Made by a program: the position numbers and the translations under genes. A DNA stretch of 57,704 nt, the filler included, from Basidiobolus ranarum (taxonomy: Eukaryota), in the NCBI GenBank assembly GCA_040143965.1. It is 4 parts of 4 records of this genome, joined end to end, with 100 filler letters (N's around TTAATTAATTAA, not from the genome) between each part and the next. Parts side by side here need not be neighbours in the genome. Positions count along the whole stretch, not along the records: positions 43,384 to 57,704 come from JASJQH010000430.1; 3 more parts are not named here. The stretch is one strand, 5' to 3'. This document shows, piece by piece, positions 45,383 through 57,704 of the stretch (position 1 is the first letter of the stretch; each line of letters starts with the position of its first letter). Under the pieces are notes generated by a model. That model worked only from the letters and a program-made list of their open reading frames with translations. It made no database searches and was not told the DNA's origin.

Positions 45383-47350
45383 ATGACGGCCAATAAATCT
45401 GCCGTAATGCCAGGAAAAGCCACTACAAATGTAAACGCTTTTGAAAAGCGCCACTCTATCATCACCATTGTAGCAGTGATTCTCGTTTCCTCTATCCTAC
45501 TTTCCAAAACTACACTTTTTGCCGCCAGACTTAATGAGCCACTCTACGGAAATGTTTTCTCAACTTATAATCTAACTCTTGTCTCTTCCACTTTCTTTGT
45601 TATCGGTTGCATCACCAGTGCGTTATTTTCACATGTAACCAACATCTGGTCTATGTTTGATGTCCTCTCTTTGATGTATGCATTCGGCCCACTTTTAGTA
45701 CTTTACGAGCAACTTTTCTTCATTGATTATTCTCCATTTTTGGCGCCTCACGTTATTCAGGCTTCTTTTGCGTATCCGGTATACTTCTTGTTAGGGTTTG
45801 AAAACACCAGATTAGCTTTAGCTTGGGCCAAACAAAATGGAGTAGGAATCCAATGGTGGAAAATCCAAATATATGCCGGTTTATTATCCGGGCTTACATT
45901 TTGGTGCGGAAAGGATGAACCTTTCTACTCTAGTACCATTTACAACGTATTTTCTTTAGCTGCTCTTGCGGCTTTTACTTCACTCCTGTTCAAAGCTAAA
46001 GCGTTTATGAGATACCCCAAAAAGATTCAACCTAGCTATAGCACTCTCACGATACAACTCCTTGTTTTATTCGCCATGCTGTATTCACTATCCTCTGTAC
46101 CACAGTTTCAAGAAGGTTTAGTCGAGGTAGGTGAACTATATGCGTTTGGATAATAGGTCAGATTTTCTAAGCATCTTTGTTCTAGAGCGTACACAATTCT
46201 CCTGAACGCAACCAAACCATCTTGGCTAGGATAGAGTCCAACACTGGTTGGTTATCAGTGTTTGAGGAAGAAGAGCGAAATATCCGTCTGATGAGAAGTG
46301 GACATTCAGTGATTGGTGGCGTCTTTCGGGAAACCAATGAATCAGTATTTGGATCGTTTTATTTTATGGAAGGTAAATACTATATGTTCCGATTCACTAT
46401 AGGACATCTGTTAACTTTATCTGGAATTCAAGCGGTTCATCTGTGCAAGTATAGACCTACTGGACCTAAACGAGCTTTACAAATGTATGTATAAGGTTAC
46501 TGTGGTTGTGGAATCGAACTTTTTTTTAAACTCATTGAAAATCTAGCGGTCTTGGGGTAGGAGTATCTGCATGGTCGTTGATCAAGAACGGGGTTGCTGT
46601 CGATGTGGTTGAAATCGATCCGCAAGTGTATGGATATGCCAGAGAGTTCTTTGACTTGCCTGAGCCAAATCAGGTTTTCTTACAAGACGGAAGAGAATAC
46701 ATCAATCATGGTGAGCCGGCAATGTACGACTACATCCTTCACGATGTCTTTACCGGTGGCTCAGTACCACCTACACTGTTTTCTCACGAAGCATTACTGC
46801 AAATGAAAAGAGTTCTGAAGACAGATGGAATTCTTGCATTGGTAAATATAAAGTGTAGACATTGTTTTGTTAGATCGTACAAGTCCTGACCTTTTTTATT
46901 GCAGAACTTCTTGGGCTCCGACCTCCACCCTTACAATCTTACCATGGCTCATGTTACGCACACTCTGAAATCTGTATTCCCTTACGTTAGATGCTACGCT
47001 GAAGGAACCAAGAATGAAAAAGGAGTCCAAAACTTTGTTCGTTTACTCATAACTATTTGAACTAGCCACCGAGTTAACCTTGATTTCTTCTTCCCCAGGT
47101 ATATTTTGCTTCTACAAAGAGCATTGCCTTCAGGACACCTCGTGAAGAAGAGATTCATGACAGCTACTTAAGAGAGGATATGCTTCGTAGGATGCATGAA
47201 ATGGAAGTGAAATTGACCTATGATCCTAAGGAAGTAACCGTACTTACTGATCAAAATAATCTTCTTGTGGAAAATCAATTAGATTCAGCCTTAGAACACT
47301 GGAAAGCAATGCGAACTCTCTTTCCAAATGAATTCTGGTGGAACTATTAA
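45383..47350 (+). CDS. Multi-TM membrane protein fused to a spermidine-synthase-like class I SAM-binding domain
   Basis: Hydrophobic N-terminal exon, then ESNTGWLSV..RLMRSGHSVIGG, RALQI|GLGVG, VDVVEIDPQV, DGREYI, YDYILHDVFTGGSVP, LKTDGILAL|NF and terminal EHWKAMRTLFPNEFWWNY*. Confidence 0.85.
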
Positions 47351-47678
47351 ATCACGCAACACCCAATGTGGCATCCGGAGAATTGTTCACAAAACCCGAA
47401 GATTCACTATCCTGCAGCGTGTCATCTACTCTGTGTGCGCTCTATTTTATAAAATAAATTTATTTGGTGTCACTGTATGATTGCTAACATGCTGTAGAAA
47501 TATTTAAAGAAAATGATTCACAAGATCTTTTGACTAAGCCACCTACTCTCTATTTTGCCATAATGTTAAATGTCACTAACAAAAACAAATACCAATGAAG
47601 GGCCATAATAAGTAAAGTTTGAATTTACATGAAAAGAAAATGAACAAAAAGATAATGACGCATTTAGCACAAGTAAGC

Positions 47679-49057
47679 TTAGATTACATCCACGTCTACA
47701 TTCGAGTCGGTTCCACTAGGACTTGAGAAAGCAGTGCTATTTAAACGCTTTGAACGTCTAGTACCAGTAGAAATATAGGGTGTATGTTCTACTTTACGTG
47801 ATGATGGCACTTCAACTGGCTCGCTTTGGCTTGATGTATCACTCGTTCGATCACTAATTAATTCATCTAAGATCTCATCCGCATCATTGTAGTTCACACG
47901 CCTACTTCGGGTACGCAGAGTCGGAGGATTTTGACGTAGGCTAGACAACCTGTTACGCTTACGTTCCTGGCGCTAGAATGAAGTTTAGGCGCGTTCAGTT
48001 CGATAAAGTGAGAACGTAAAGAAAGTGGAACTTAAACTAACCAAAATCTCAGCTTGAACGCGAGGGATCATTTCTTCAACCAAAAACGTGCGCAGATTTT
48101 CTTGGTCACGGTTACAATCCTCTGTTAAACTCAGAGCTAACATTTCCAAATCTTCTATATTATATGCCACCTTAAAACTAATATGAATGGACTTCGTTAT
48201 GAAAAAAGAATAAACATAAGTTTACTTACTGTTTCCCAAATACAGCCTGTTAGTTTCTTTCTGCGCGTTTCTCTGTAGATTCGACTATTATCTTAATTGT
48301 TGCAAGAAATATAGGTTAGAATTAGTGACCCCTTAGTACTTGGTATGTGAAAGTTAAATTAACCACCTCCAACTCGCCAATATATTCTTTTCTTCGAATC
48401 CTTTCCAATAGGTATTGTGCCAAAATCCTCTTTCTCTTCCTGGGATTTTATGTAGTCTCGAATTTTGGAATTCTCTACCAAATGTGCTTCACACAAGCAC
48501 TTCAAAATATAAACCTGGGAAAAGGTAAGTATGCAGACGTTAGTATTTGGAAGGGTTAGTTAATAGAAGGGATATAAGATGTACCTTGAAGTGGAATTTG
48601 AGTTCATAGAAATTAACGACCGACCTCAAAGGATTCTCTTGGTTGGGAAAACAATCTTCGCTATCGATTCTCTCGTCGATGAATTTGGTCAGTGCTTTTT
48701 CGAGAGTGGTTCTACTCGAGTGAAATATTGTAAATAAATTTTGACCCTTTTTAAAAAAACGAAAATCAACTGCATCCTCAGATCTTCACTCACTTTCTTT
48801 GTTGATATCCAAGTATAGTAAGAAGCGACTGGCACAAGTCGTTAATTAAATCATTCTCTTGAGTATTTAGTATCGACTCTTCGAGTTCCTTAACGTGTTC
48901 TGTTAATAAATATATACTGGACTTGGAAAGAAAATGAGATTACTACCTCAATTGTAAACAATTTCTGATTTAAACATGTATGGAAAGTAGTAAAAAAGCC
49001 GTATACAAAAGCAGTTTCCCACATGTTAGAAGGATGAGTTGGGAGTTTTGTGGACAT
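47679..49057 (-). CDS. DDT/WHIM1/WSD-type chromatin-associated protein (ISWI accessory-like)
   Basis: MWETAFVYGFF..TIE|ELEE (DDT-like), FYELKFHFK|VYILKCLCE (WHIM1), PIGKDSKKRIYW..SRIYRE..WET|VAYNIEDL (WHIM2/3) and a basic Ser-rich tail. Confidence 0.72.
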
Positions 49058-49586
49058 TTTTCCCTTAAGCCTAGTATATCCTTGAATATATGAGGTGGAA
49101 TTACTATTTACTAGAGAGTGTGACACACTTGCTTTTCTATTAAAGAATAGTATTCAAGTTACTGAAAAGAAGTGACTGGCTTGGAGTAACTGAGGAAGGC
49201 TAATCAATCCCATGGTCAGGTATTTTTTATTTTAGTTTGTGGAAATTTGAATAAACAATGAATGTTGTTTGGAAATGATTTAACCACTTTTCGTAAAGTA
49301 AAGTATTGTTAAGTTGAAGTTATCACACCAAGCCACACATCCTATAATGATGTAAAAATAAGCAACTTGACTACTATTAAATAACATTCTGATTCAAATA
49401 TGTATGGAAATTGTGCCAAGAAGAGACATTATATTATGGTAATTGAAAATAAGATATATGATTTACTGATTAACTATACGATTTCCTAATTCCTCGATTT
49501 ACTTAACGTACCTGCTCTTAGTAGAATACAAGTTGGCTTTAAAAGTTACCCTTCGTTCCCCATACCACAACCTCAAAAACGTATAA

Positions 49587-50493
49587 ATGAAGGATATGAA
49601 GCTTTACAACAATAGTAAAGATCGAGAGGTGTATGAAAATATGGCCGATCTTTACGCCATCATAGTGACAATGGAACATTTAGAGAAAGCATACATTCGT
49701 GATTACATTACACATGCAGAGTGAGTTTTTATTGCTTGCAATCATCTGTAGACGGATGAAGAATAATAATATCCCTTGTATAGCTACTAATCTAAAGAAT
49801 TTTTGAAAGATATACACCCGCCTGTGCTAAACTAATTGCTCAATTCAAGACTGCGCTTAATTTAGTGAGCGACTCTGTCCCGGATGTCGAACAATTCATG
49901 AAAGAATATAAGGTGTTTTGGGTATTTTTAGAACATATAGCACCCCAAGTTTGATTTAACCTTATATCAAACAATACAGTTATCCTGTCCAGCTGCGGCT
50001 AATCGCCTTTTGAAAATTGGTGTTCCCGCTACTATAGAGCATGCAACATCTGGTCACGACCCCAGCAAGTCGGCCAAATATGTTGCGGAAACTGTTCAGG
50101 TATTTTTAATGAGATTTAATCCATCAAATTGAATCTATTCACACCTTAACCGTCAACTTTAGCATTTCATAACTCTTATGGACTCGCTTAAATTGAACAT
50201 GGTAGCTGTAGACCAAATTCATCCATGGCTAAGTGAATTGATGCAAAGCTTGAGCAACGTGAGTTCACTTCCAGCTGATTTTGAGGGCAAAGTGAAAATT
50301 CGGGATTGGTCAGTTTTTTTGTAGTATCGTATAATATATAGAGTCTTATTATATATTATATACATACAGGTTAATCACTTTAAATAAGATGAAGGCCAGC
50401 GATGAAATCAATGAAGAGCAGGTCAGGCAACTACTTTTCGATTTAGAAAACGCACATAGCGCTTTTTACCGATCATTATCGGATAAAACCTAA
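49587..50493 (+). CDS. VPS28: ESCRT-I subunit Vps28 (multi-exon; true start uncertain)
   Basis: KLYNNSKDREVYENMADLYAIIVTMEHLEKAYIRD, YTPACAKLIAQFK, CPAAANRLLKIGVPAT, HFITLMDSLKL, LITLNKMKASDEI..RQLLFDLE. An upstream ATG|GT at 49436 may be a first mini-exon. Confidence 0.93.
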
Positions 50494-50645
50494 TATGGTA
50501 CTTTGTAAAGATGCCATTATTTCCAATCAACCAAACTTTTCTGCAATCCTTCCGCAATTCGCAATATTATCCAATAAAACTCAGTGTAGCATTCTCGTTT
50601 TGTGGTATATATAGTAATTATCATTTGTTGAGACTTTATACTACC

Positions 50646-53600
50646 ATGTCTTCTCCAACATTACCAAGCCATCAAGCCAAACGTCCACCACCTTTGGTTG
50701 AGACCTCCAGCTTTTTCTCTTTCTTTACGTTTCAGTTTATTCAACCGTTGATTCTATTTGGACGCAAAAATGAAATCTCCGAGGAACATTTGCACGAGTT
50801 GAGTAAACGTGAAGACGTTGGTCTACTGACCGAACGCCTGTCTCAGGAATGGGATACTGAAGTACAGAAAGAGCAACCTAATTTCTGGAAAGTTTTGTAC
50901 AAGATTTTTGGACCTTTTTATAGCACTACCGTTTTAACTAGTGGTATCGAAGCCGCAGCTCAAATTGGTGAAGCCGTACTCCTCGGGTAAGTTTTAAACC
51001 AATTTTTAAATGACTACACTTTTTTATAATCAAGAAGAACTGATGCCAATCGATTTATAGATGAATTGGTTCCCAATGAACCTAGCAACCTCCGCTCAAC
51101 CACGTGAGATCATGCCGTTGTTATCTACTCGTTTTTTGGCCTCTGGGATAGACGTACCTCAGCATATATCTGTCTAGTTAACATCGCCGTAGCCTGTAGC
51201 GCAACCGAGATCAATGATCAAGTTGAAGAGGATGACCTATCCATTGATTGTGTACTCCGGGAATGCTTGAGAACGTATTTGAAGAACTATTCTAATACTT
51301 GAACAATTTGAATTTAGATACATCATCCGATTCTTTCAAAACCCGGATACTCCCATGCGAGATGGGTACCTCTATGCCTTTGCTCTTGCGATGTGCACTT
51401 TCATACATGCTGTTATCCATCATCATTATTTCTTTCCTGCTCTCAGAACTGGCCTTCATATGAGGATGGGTTTGATTGCACTTATGTATCGGAAGTGCCT
51501 GTCGCTGTCCGTTTCGTCGTCAATCTCTACTGGTGCAATTATTAATCTGATTTCAAATGATGTTCAACCTTTCGAAAATGCAGCTTGTTTTGCAACCTGG
51601 GTTATTGTAGGGCCTATTCAAGTTATCATCGTTATTGTCCTTCTTTACCTAGAGATTGGAGTTTCGGTGTTCGCTGGCTTGTGTGCATTCGCTTTTCTCC
51701 TTCCGTTGCAAACTTATTTTGCTAAGCGTTTCAGCGTCATGAGAAAACAAACTGTGAAATATCGTGATGATCGTATTAGATCCATCTCTGACGTTCTTTC
51801 TGGTATTAGTTTGGTCAAACTATCTGCTTGGGAAGATCCTCTTAGTGAACGTATCAGCGAACTCCGCGAGAAAGAGTTGAAATACATTGGTAAAGCCAAT
51901 AATATGCGTGCTTTCAACATGGCTAGTTATTTTTTCTTCCAAAGTGTTATTTCTCTCTTTACATTTGTGACGTACTGGTCTCTTGGAAACCCTCTTAGAC
52001 CTGATAAAGTATTTGTCTCACTTACTTTATTTAATGTCATTCGTTTGACCATGACCAGCTATTTCCCTCAAGCACTTTCTACTTTGGCCGAAGCTCGTGT
52101 ATCTGCGAAAAGAATCCGCGAGTTTTTATTGCTCCCTGAATTAAAGCCACTCAAATATATCCAAGAGGCCATTACAAAGGTCAACGAAACAATACGTTCC
52201 ACATCCTTTGACGATGTAGATGAGAAAAACACTTCCTTGTCGAAGGAGAAGGCTACTCGTGAAATGAATATCAAATCCGATCTTATTCTAGAAATGAAGA
52301 ATGCTTCCTTTTTCTGGTCCACTGCCTCCGAAACCAATACCCTAAGGGACGGGAATTCTTCTACTCCAGATGAAACGGATATCGAGGAGAAATTAGCAAG
52401 TCCGGTCATTCAAAATTTAACACTTCAACTGGGTCGTGGCGAGCTTCTAGCCGTTGTTGGACCTGTGGGCGCAGGAAAAACTTCTTTTTGTATGTCAATT
52501 CTTAAAGAGCTTCAAATCAGTCGTGGTACTATGAATATTGGGACTAAATTCAATGGCGAACCCATTAAAATCGCATACGCTGCTCAATCTCCTTGGCTAT
52601 TTGCCGGCAGTGTTCGCGACAATATTCTCTTTGGTGCTTCCTTGGATGCTACTCGTTTTCGTCAAGTTGTTGAAGTTTGTCAACTTGAACGCGATTTTAT
52701 GATTCTGAGTAATGGCGAGAACACATTAATCGGTGAAAGAGGAGTTACACTTTCTGGTGGTCAAAGAGCTCGTATTGCTCTCGCTCGTGCTGTTTATCAA
52801 AAAGCCGACTTGTATATTCTTGATGACCCATTATCAGCCGTGGATCCTCACGTGGGTTATAAGATGTTTAACGAGTGTATTCGCACCTTTTTAGGAGACA
52901 AAACTGTGATATTAGCTACTCACCAGCTTCAATTTGTAAAGGACTGTGATTCAGTGATCATTCTGGAAGCTGGAGTTCCCACTTTCTGCGGATCATCAAG
53001 TGATGTCACCTCAACTACAGGCCAATCCGAAAATATTGCAGACCCGAATCGACTCTTACGCAAAACTTTTATTAACGTTCTTCGAGAATATTATCAATCT
53101 GAAAAAAGCGTTAACGAAAGTACTGAAGATGTCGATAAAGTTGACCTTAATCCCAAAGAGAATCCGGCTTCCATACTAGAGGATAAAGATACCGCCGATC
53201 CCTCGACCAATGAGTATGATCCTAAAGCTAATCAGCTTGCTGTTGAGGATCGTAATATGGGAGGAACTAGTTTGAGCACGTATATTGAATTTTTCAAAGT
53301 CGGGTCATCAAACATTTACATGTTTTCTGTTATCGCCACTTTGTTTATTGGGCAAGGGTTCGCGGTAGCGGCTGATTTTTTCTTATCCGAATGGACAAGT
53401 TATGATGAAGAAGACCAGAAGGAACAAAAAAATGCGGGAATTTTCGCAGCGTTAGCTGTCCTCACCGTTATCTTCGCCAGTATTCGTGCTTTACTCTTTT
53501 TTAAAGCTCTTCATAAATCGTCGAAGGGAATTTTCAAAGTCATGCTTGATGCCATATTGAACACAGATATGAACTTCTTCCAGACACAACCCCAAGGACG

Positions 53601-55065
53601 TATTCTGAATCGGTTCTCCAAAGATCAAGCCAATTGCGATGAACTCTTACCATGGAATTTCTTTGATGCTGTTCAATGCTTCTTTATGCTATTGGGTTCT
53701 ATTGTAGTGGTCTGTATTGTCAATCCTTGGATCATCATTGCTTTGCCGTTCCTGGGGGCAATCTTCTACGCATTGAGACGACTCTATATGCTCACATCAC
53801 GCCAAATCAAGCAAATCGAATCCACTACTAGATCTCCCGTTTACTCTCTTCTCTCCGAAACTCTGGATGGATTAGCCACGATTCGAGCATTTTCTGCTCA
53901 AGACAGATTTCTTGATATGTTCATTACTGCTGAAAACGAGAACTGTAGAGCTTTCTTCATGTATCTTTGCTCGGCTAGATGGCTCGGTTTTCGTTTAGAT
54001 ATACTCGCAGCGATCTTCCTTACCATCACCGCATTTGCCTCTGTTGCTGCTAGACAAACTCAAACAGCAGGTCTGGTTGGATTATCTCTCAGCTACGTGC
54101 TGCAGCTTATGGGGCAGCTTCAATGGGCTGTTCGTCAATCTATCGAAGTGGAGATCACTTTTGTATCAGTTGAGCGTATGCTCGCTTATACTAAATTACA
54201 ACCAGAAGGACCACGCACCACCGATACTAGACCACCCAAGGATTGGCCGATCGATGCACAGGTTGAATTCAGGAACATGTCACTGACTTATCCCGGCTCT
54301 GACAAGCCTGTGCTTCAGGATATCAACCTCTCAATCAAACGTCATGAAAAGATTGGGGTAGTTGGGCGTACAGGTGCTGGTAAATCCTCCCTTCTAACAG
54401 CTTTGTTTCGCCTTATTGAAACCTCACCCTCCGGTTGTATTGTGATTGATGGTGTACCAATTTCCGACCTAGGATTGCATGATTTGAGAAAGGCGATCTC
54501 AATTATTCCGCAAGAGCCATTTCTATTCAAAGGCACGTTAAGATTTAATTTGGATCCATTTAGTGAACACGATGACCAATCAATCTGGAAAGCTTTAGAG
54601 CTGGCTGAACTCAAGGATACCGTAGGGAAATTAACCTCAGGACTGGATACCTTGGTAACAGAAAATGGGAAGAATTTCTCGATCGGTCAACGACAATTAC
54701 TCTCTCTTACTCGAGCTATACTTCGAAACACACGATTATTGGTGATGGACGAAGCGACAGCCAATGTGGATTTACAATCGGATAGATTCATTCAACGCTC
54801 TATTCATACTTGCTTTGAACATTCCACTGTACTCACCATCGCTCATCGTTTAAATACGGTCATTGGAGATTACGATAGAATCTTGGTATTAGATCAAGGA
54901 AAAGTCATGGAATTTGATGAACCTTGGAATCTATTATGCAATAAGCAAGGTTGGCTTTCCGATATGGTACGTAGTACCGGTTCAGAAAGTGAACTTGAAT
55001 TACGTAGAATTGCCAAACAACAGTGGGAGAGAGTACATGGTAGAAGTTGGGAGGGAAGTGTTTAA
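50646..55065 (+). CDS. ABCC/MRP-type ABC transporter (short MRP4-like, TMD-NBD-TMD-NBD)
   Basis: Walker A GPVGAGKT and GRTGAGKS, signatures LSGGQ and FSIGQ, Walker B ILDD and LVMDE, GRILNRFSKD; exon 1 at 50646-50986, intron 50987-51317. Confidence 0.95.
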
Positions 55066-55167
55066 CACCAATATTTTACTAATAGCACAATGATTCTTAG
55101 ATATTTTTCAATGAATTTATATATAATATACACATCACGTAACATACTACGAGATAAAATAAATCGA

Positions 55168-57704
55168 TCATTCTTTTTCTACATTCAATTTTTTCTCTTC
55201 ATGTGAATGATCTTGTAAGATATTCATCACTTTCTCCTCAATTTTATCTTTACCCCATTGAAGTTTACGGGCCAACTTGGATTTGGAAATATTTTGAGAT
55301 CTACCCTTTTTCGATAATTTCCCTTCTAATTTGTCCTTGTAATATTGCATCTTACTAGGTTCAATCACATCTTCATTCGGGTTCGGATTCAGCTTCGGAT
55401 TCGTATCTTCCTCTTCGTTAGAATCATTCGACAAGTCGGTAGTACTATCATCTTTAATATTTTGTGTATAGTCGAGTTGATTGACTCCCAACCAATCCGA
55501 TCTAAAGTCCAATCTTTCTTCATGAGTAGTAGAGATGCCTGGAATGAATCTCATCTCCACTTTTACATCACCGAAAGAGTCATTTTCAACGGAATTTGGA
55601 TCCCGTTCTCGTTCTCGTTCCCGTTCTCTTTCCCATTCATCATCTCGTTCCTCCAGATACATATTCATTCCTTCTTGTTCATCCTCAAATTTCTTAATAG
55701 ATGCATTTAAACAAACCCATTCTGAATCCAACATATTTCTTAACCAAATTTGTGTAGCACAAAAGATATTGGAGAATTTGAATGTACGTTTGTCGAATCT
55801 TAATAAGAGTCCCGTTTGATATCGATGATGAATTGGAAATCTTAAGTTAAGATTATTATATTCGATACTATTTTCGGAGATATTCGTTGGTTGATGGATC
55901 TTTTCTTCACATACAGGTGCTAAATTCAATTGTAGATGACACCCGATTTTGTTCAATTTATGACTGGTAAATTGTTCGGTTAAATTTTGCACCCATATGT
56001 TGCGTACCTCTAAGGTTCCAACCTCTGATGATGTAGATTTCATTAGATTCAATGTATAAACATGAAGGAAGAGGGAAACCACTAGACAATATCACACTTA
56101 CCAAAACCACACAGCTCCCTAGGAAGAGTAAGTAGCACCGGTTTGAAGAGAAAACTGATTCGAATTTTACCAAATCCAATTCCACCTTTCAATGGGAACC
56201 ATTGGGTATGTTGCTTTCTTTGCTGTAAGATATTCCAATTGAAATAAGTTAAACTAGTAGAGAGTGAACAGAGGAATTTGATAGTTTACCATGGATGATT
56301 TTCGGGTAACATCCGTTAGTCGTACCAATACCATTCCAAGAACTGGGTCATGTTCCATATTAATCTCATTTTTGACGGTGACTCGAACTGTAGCATTATC
56401 AAAATCATTGATAAATTGTTCGGTGGAGACGTTCCAAAACTAATTAAGTTAGGTTGGGTGTGGTTGTAATCTCTAGTTTGGAATAGAGCTTCTACTTACT
56501 GGTGCTGTACTGTGCATTTTGGTACGGGTTTTGTAAACTTTGGTGTCATTGACGAATATATTGGCATAAGGGTTGGGTGGCTGTGTGTGATCATATGGAT
56601 GCTCTTGATCGGTAAAGGATGGATCAGAAATCTCAACATCAATTGCCTGATGAACCTGTATACACAGAATACCAGCTAATCCAGTTCAATAGCGTTAGTA
56701 TAGGGGTAGTCGGTAGGGTTGGGTGGTTTTAATGGAACTAAACTTACGTGTATGGTCGAACTTGCTATGTTTGGAGTTGATAGCAGTAAAGCTTTGATCT
56801 TCCTCCAAAGGTCTCACTGGGTCATGAGAAACCCAAGCCATATCATCTGTTCGATTGTTCAATGGGGAACTGCTGTTTTCAGACGAGACGGATTTTCCTT
56901 TTAATGCCGTGGAGATTTGAGCTGCTTCATGATAAATATTCTGTGAGCCAGTTGCATTATTTAAAGTTGCATCTTCAATTGTTTGATCATTCTCAGCAGA
57001 TTTGAAGACATTTGCTGAGTTTCCGTTAACAGGCGCTTGGTCAGTAGTGGATGGGCTATTAGTGTTGTCTAGTAAGTCACGATCAGCCGAATCATCTTCA
57101 TCGGCAAGCTTCTCTCGGGGGTACTTTGGATGGAATGTCATTCGATAACGAATTTTAGGCAAATGCATCGACACTTTCCCTCTGGATTCTCCTTCTCCTA
57201 TGACCTGGGCTCCCTCATCGAAATACTCCCACCTTGAAACAGCAATTTGAATTAGTAAAAAGCTCCGTGATCAAGTCGCCACTTACTTACCCATCACAAA
57301 GTAGTTGCTCTTCGAAAAGATTCATCTCAATCAACTCCGAGACTCTCTTACGAATCACACCAACCATCTTATTGACAACACCAATTTTAGATTGGTCACG
57401 AACGGAGATTTGAATTTCATTTCCATTCTCAATATCGTCTTCTGTAATTAGCATCAACATCGTTTCATTCCACACTGGATTAATATTGTCCGACAGGATA
57501 CGAGTGTGTTGTACGGAACTTTTCGGGTCGTTCACCATCGATAATGTCAGGAATACTTTGTCTAAATCTGGTTCATATATAATAAATATATAGCTTAGTT
57601 GGAGAAGAATTGAAGTAACGAAGTAATGAAATCTAATCACCTCCAAGGTCAAGATCGGCCAGGTTCGCTCCTTCGTAAATGTCTACTTTGATTACCCCGA
57701 TGGA
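55168..57704 (-). CDS. Multi-C2-domain membrane contact protein (Mug190/tricalbin-like); 5' truncated
   Basis: C2 motifs HTRILSDNINPVWNET, GILCIQVHQAIDVE, PNPYANIFVNDTKVYKTRTK..FWN, HDPVLGMV, WFPLKGGIGFGKIRISFLF; contains an (ER)n repeat at about 55600-55635. Confidence 0.75.

Overview
Intron-rich, AT-rich eukaryotic DNA, most likely from an early-diverging (non-Dikarya) fungus: short GT-AG introns and fungal-type housekeeping genes occur alongside animal-like genes that yeasts lack. The window is not contiguous genome. It is four contigs (14377, 14363, 14343 and 14321 bp, in descending size) joined by artificial 100-bp N44-TTAATTAATTAA-N44 spacers. Contig 1: eEF2 (5' end), MRD1, RER1, SEC13, RPL28, CAF1/POP2, GPI1, an orphan membrane protein and a repeat. 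Contig 2: the C-terminal part of an IP3-receptor/ryanodine-receptor family Ca2+ channel with in-frame stops, a small fungal protein, an aquaglyceroporin, an RNI-like LRR protein, RPC25 and an HMIT-like inositol transporter. Contig 3: a possible transporter relic, NAP1, a TOM6-like micro-ORF, CEX1/SCYL1, DUF4112, an SCCPDH-like gene and PUF60. Contig 4: a CpG-depleted repeat, a membrane-fused spermidine-synthase-like methyltransferase, a WHIM/DDT chromatin protein, VPS28, an ABCC transporter and a Mug190-like C2 protein. The strongest leads are the IP3R/RyR-mosaic channel with premature stops, a candidate poison exon in PUF60 and a CpG-depleted dispersed repeat family. I found no clear multi-gene novel system. 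All calls come from manual reading and motif recall; no database searches were run.
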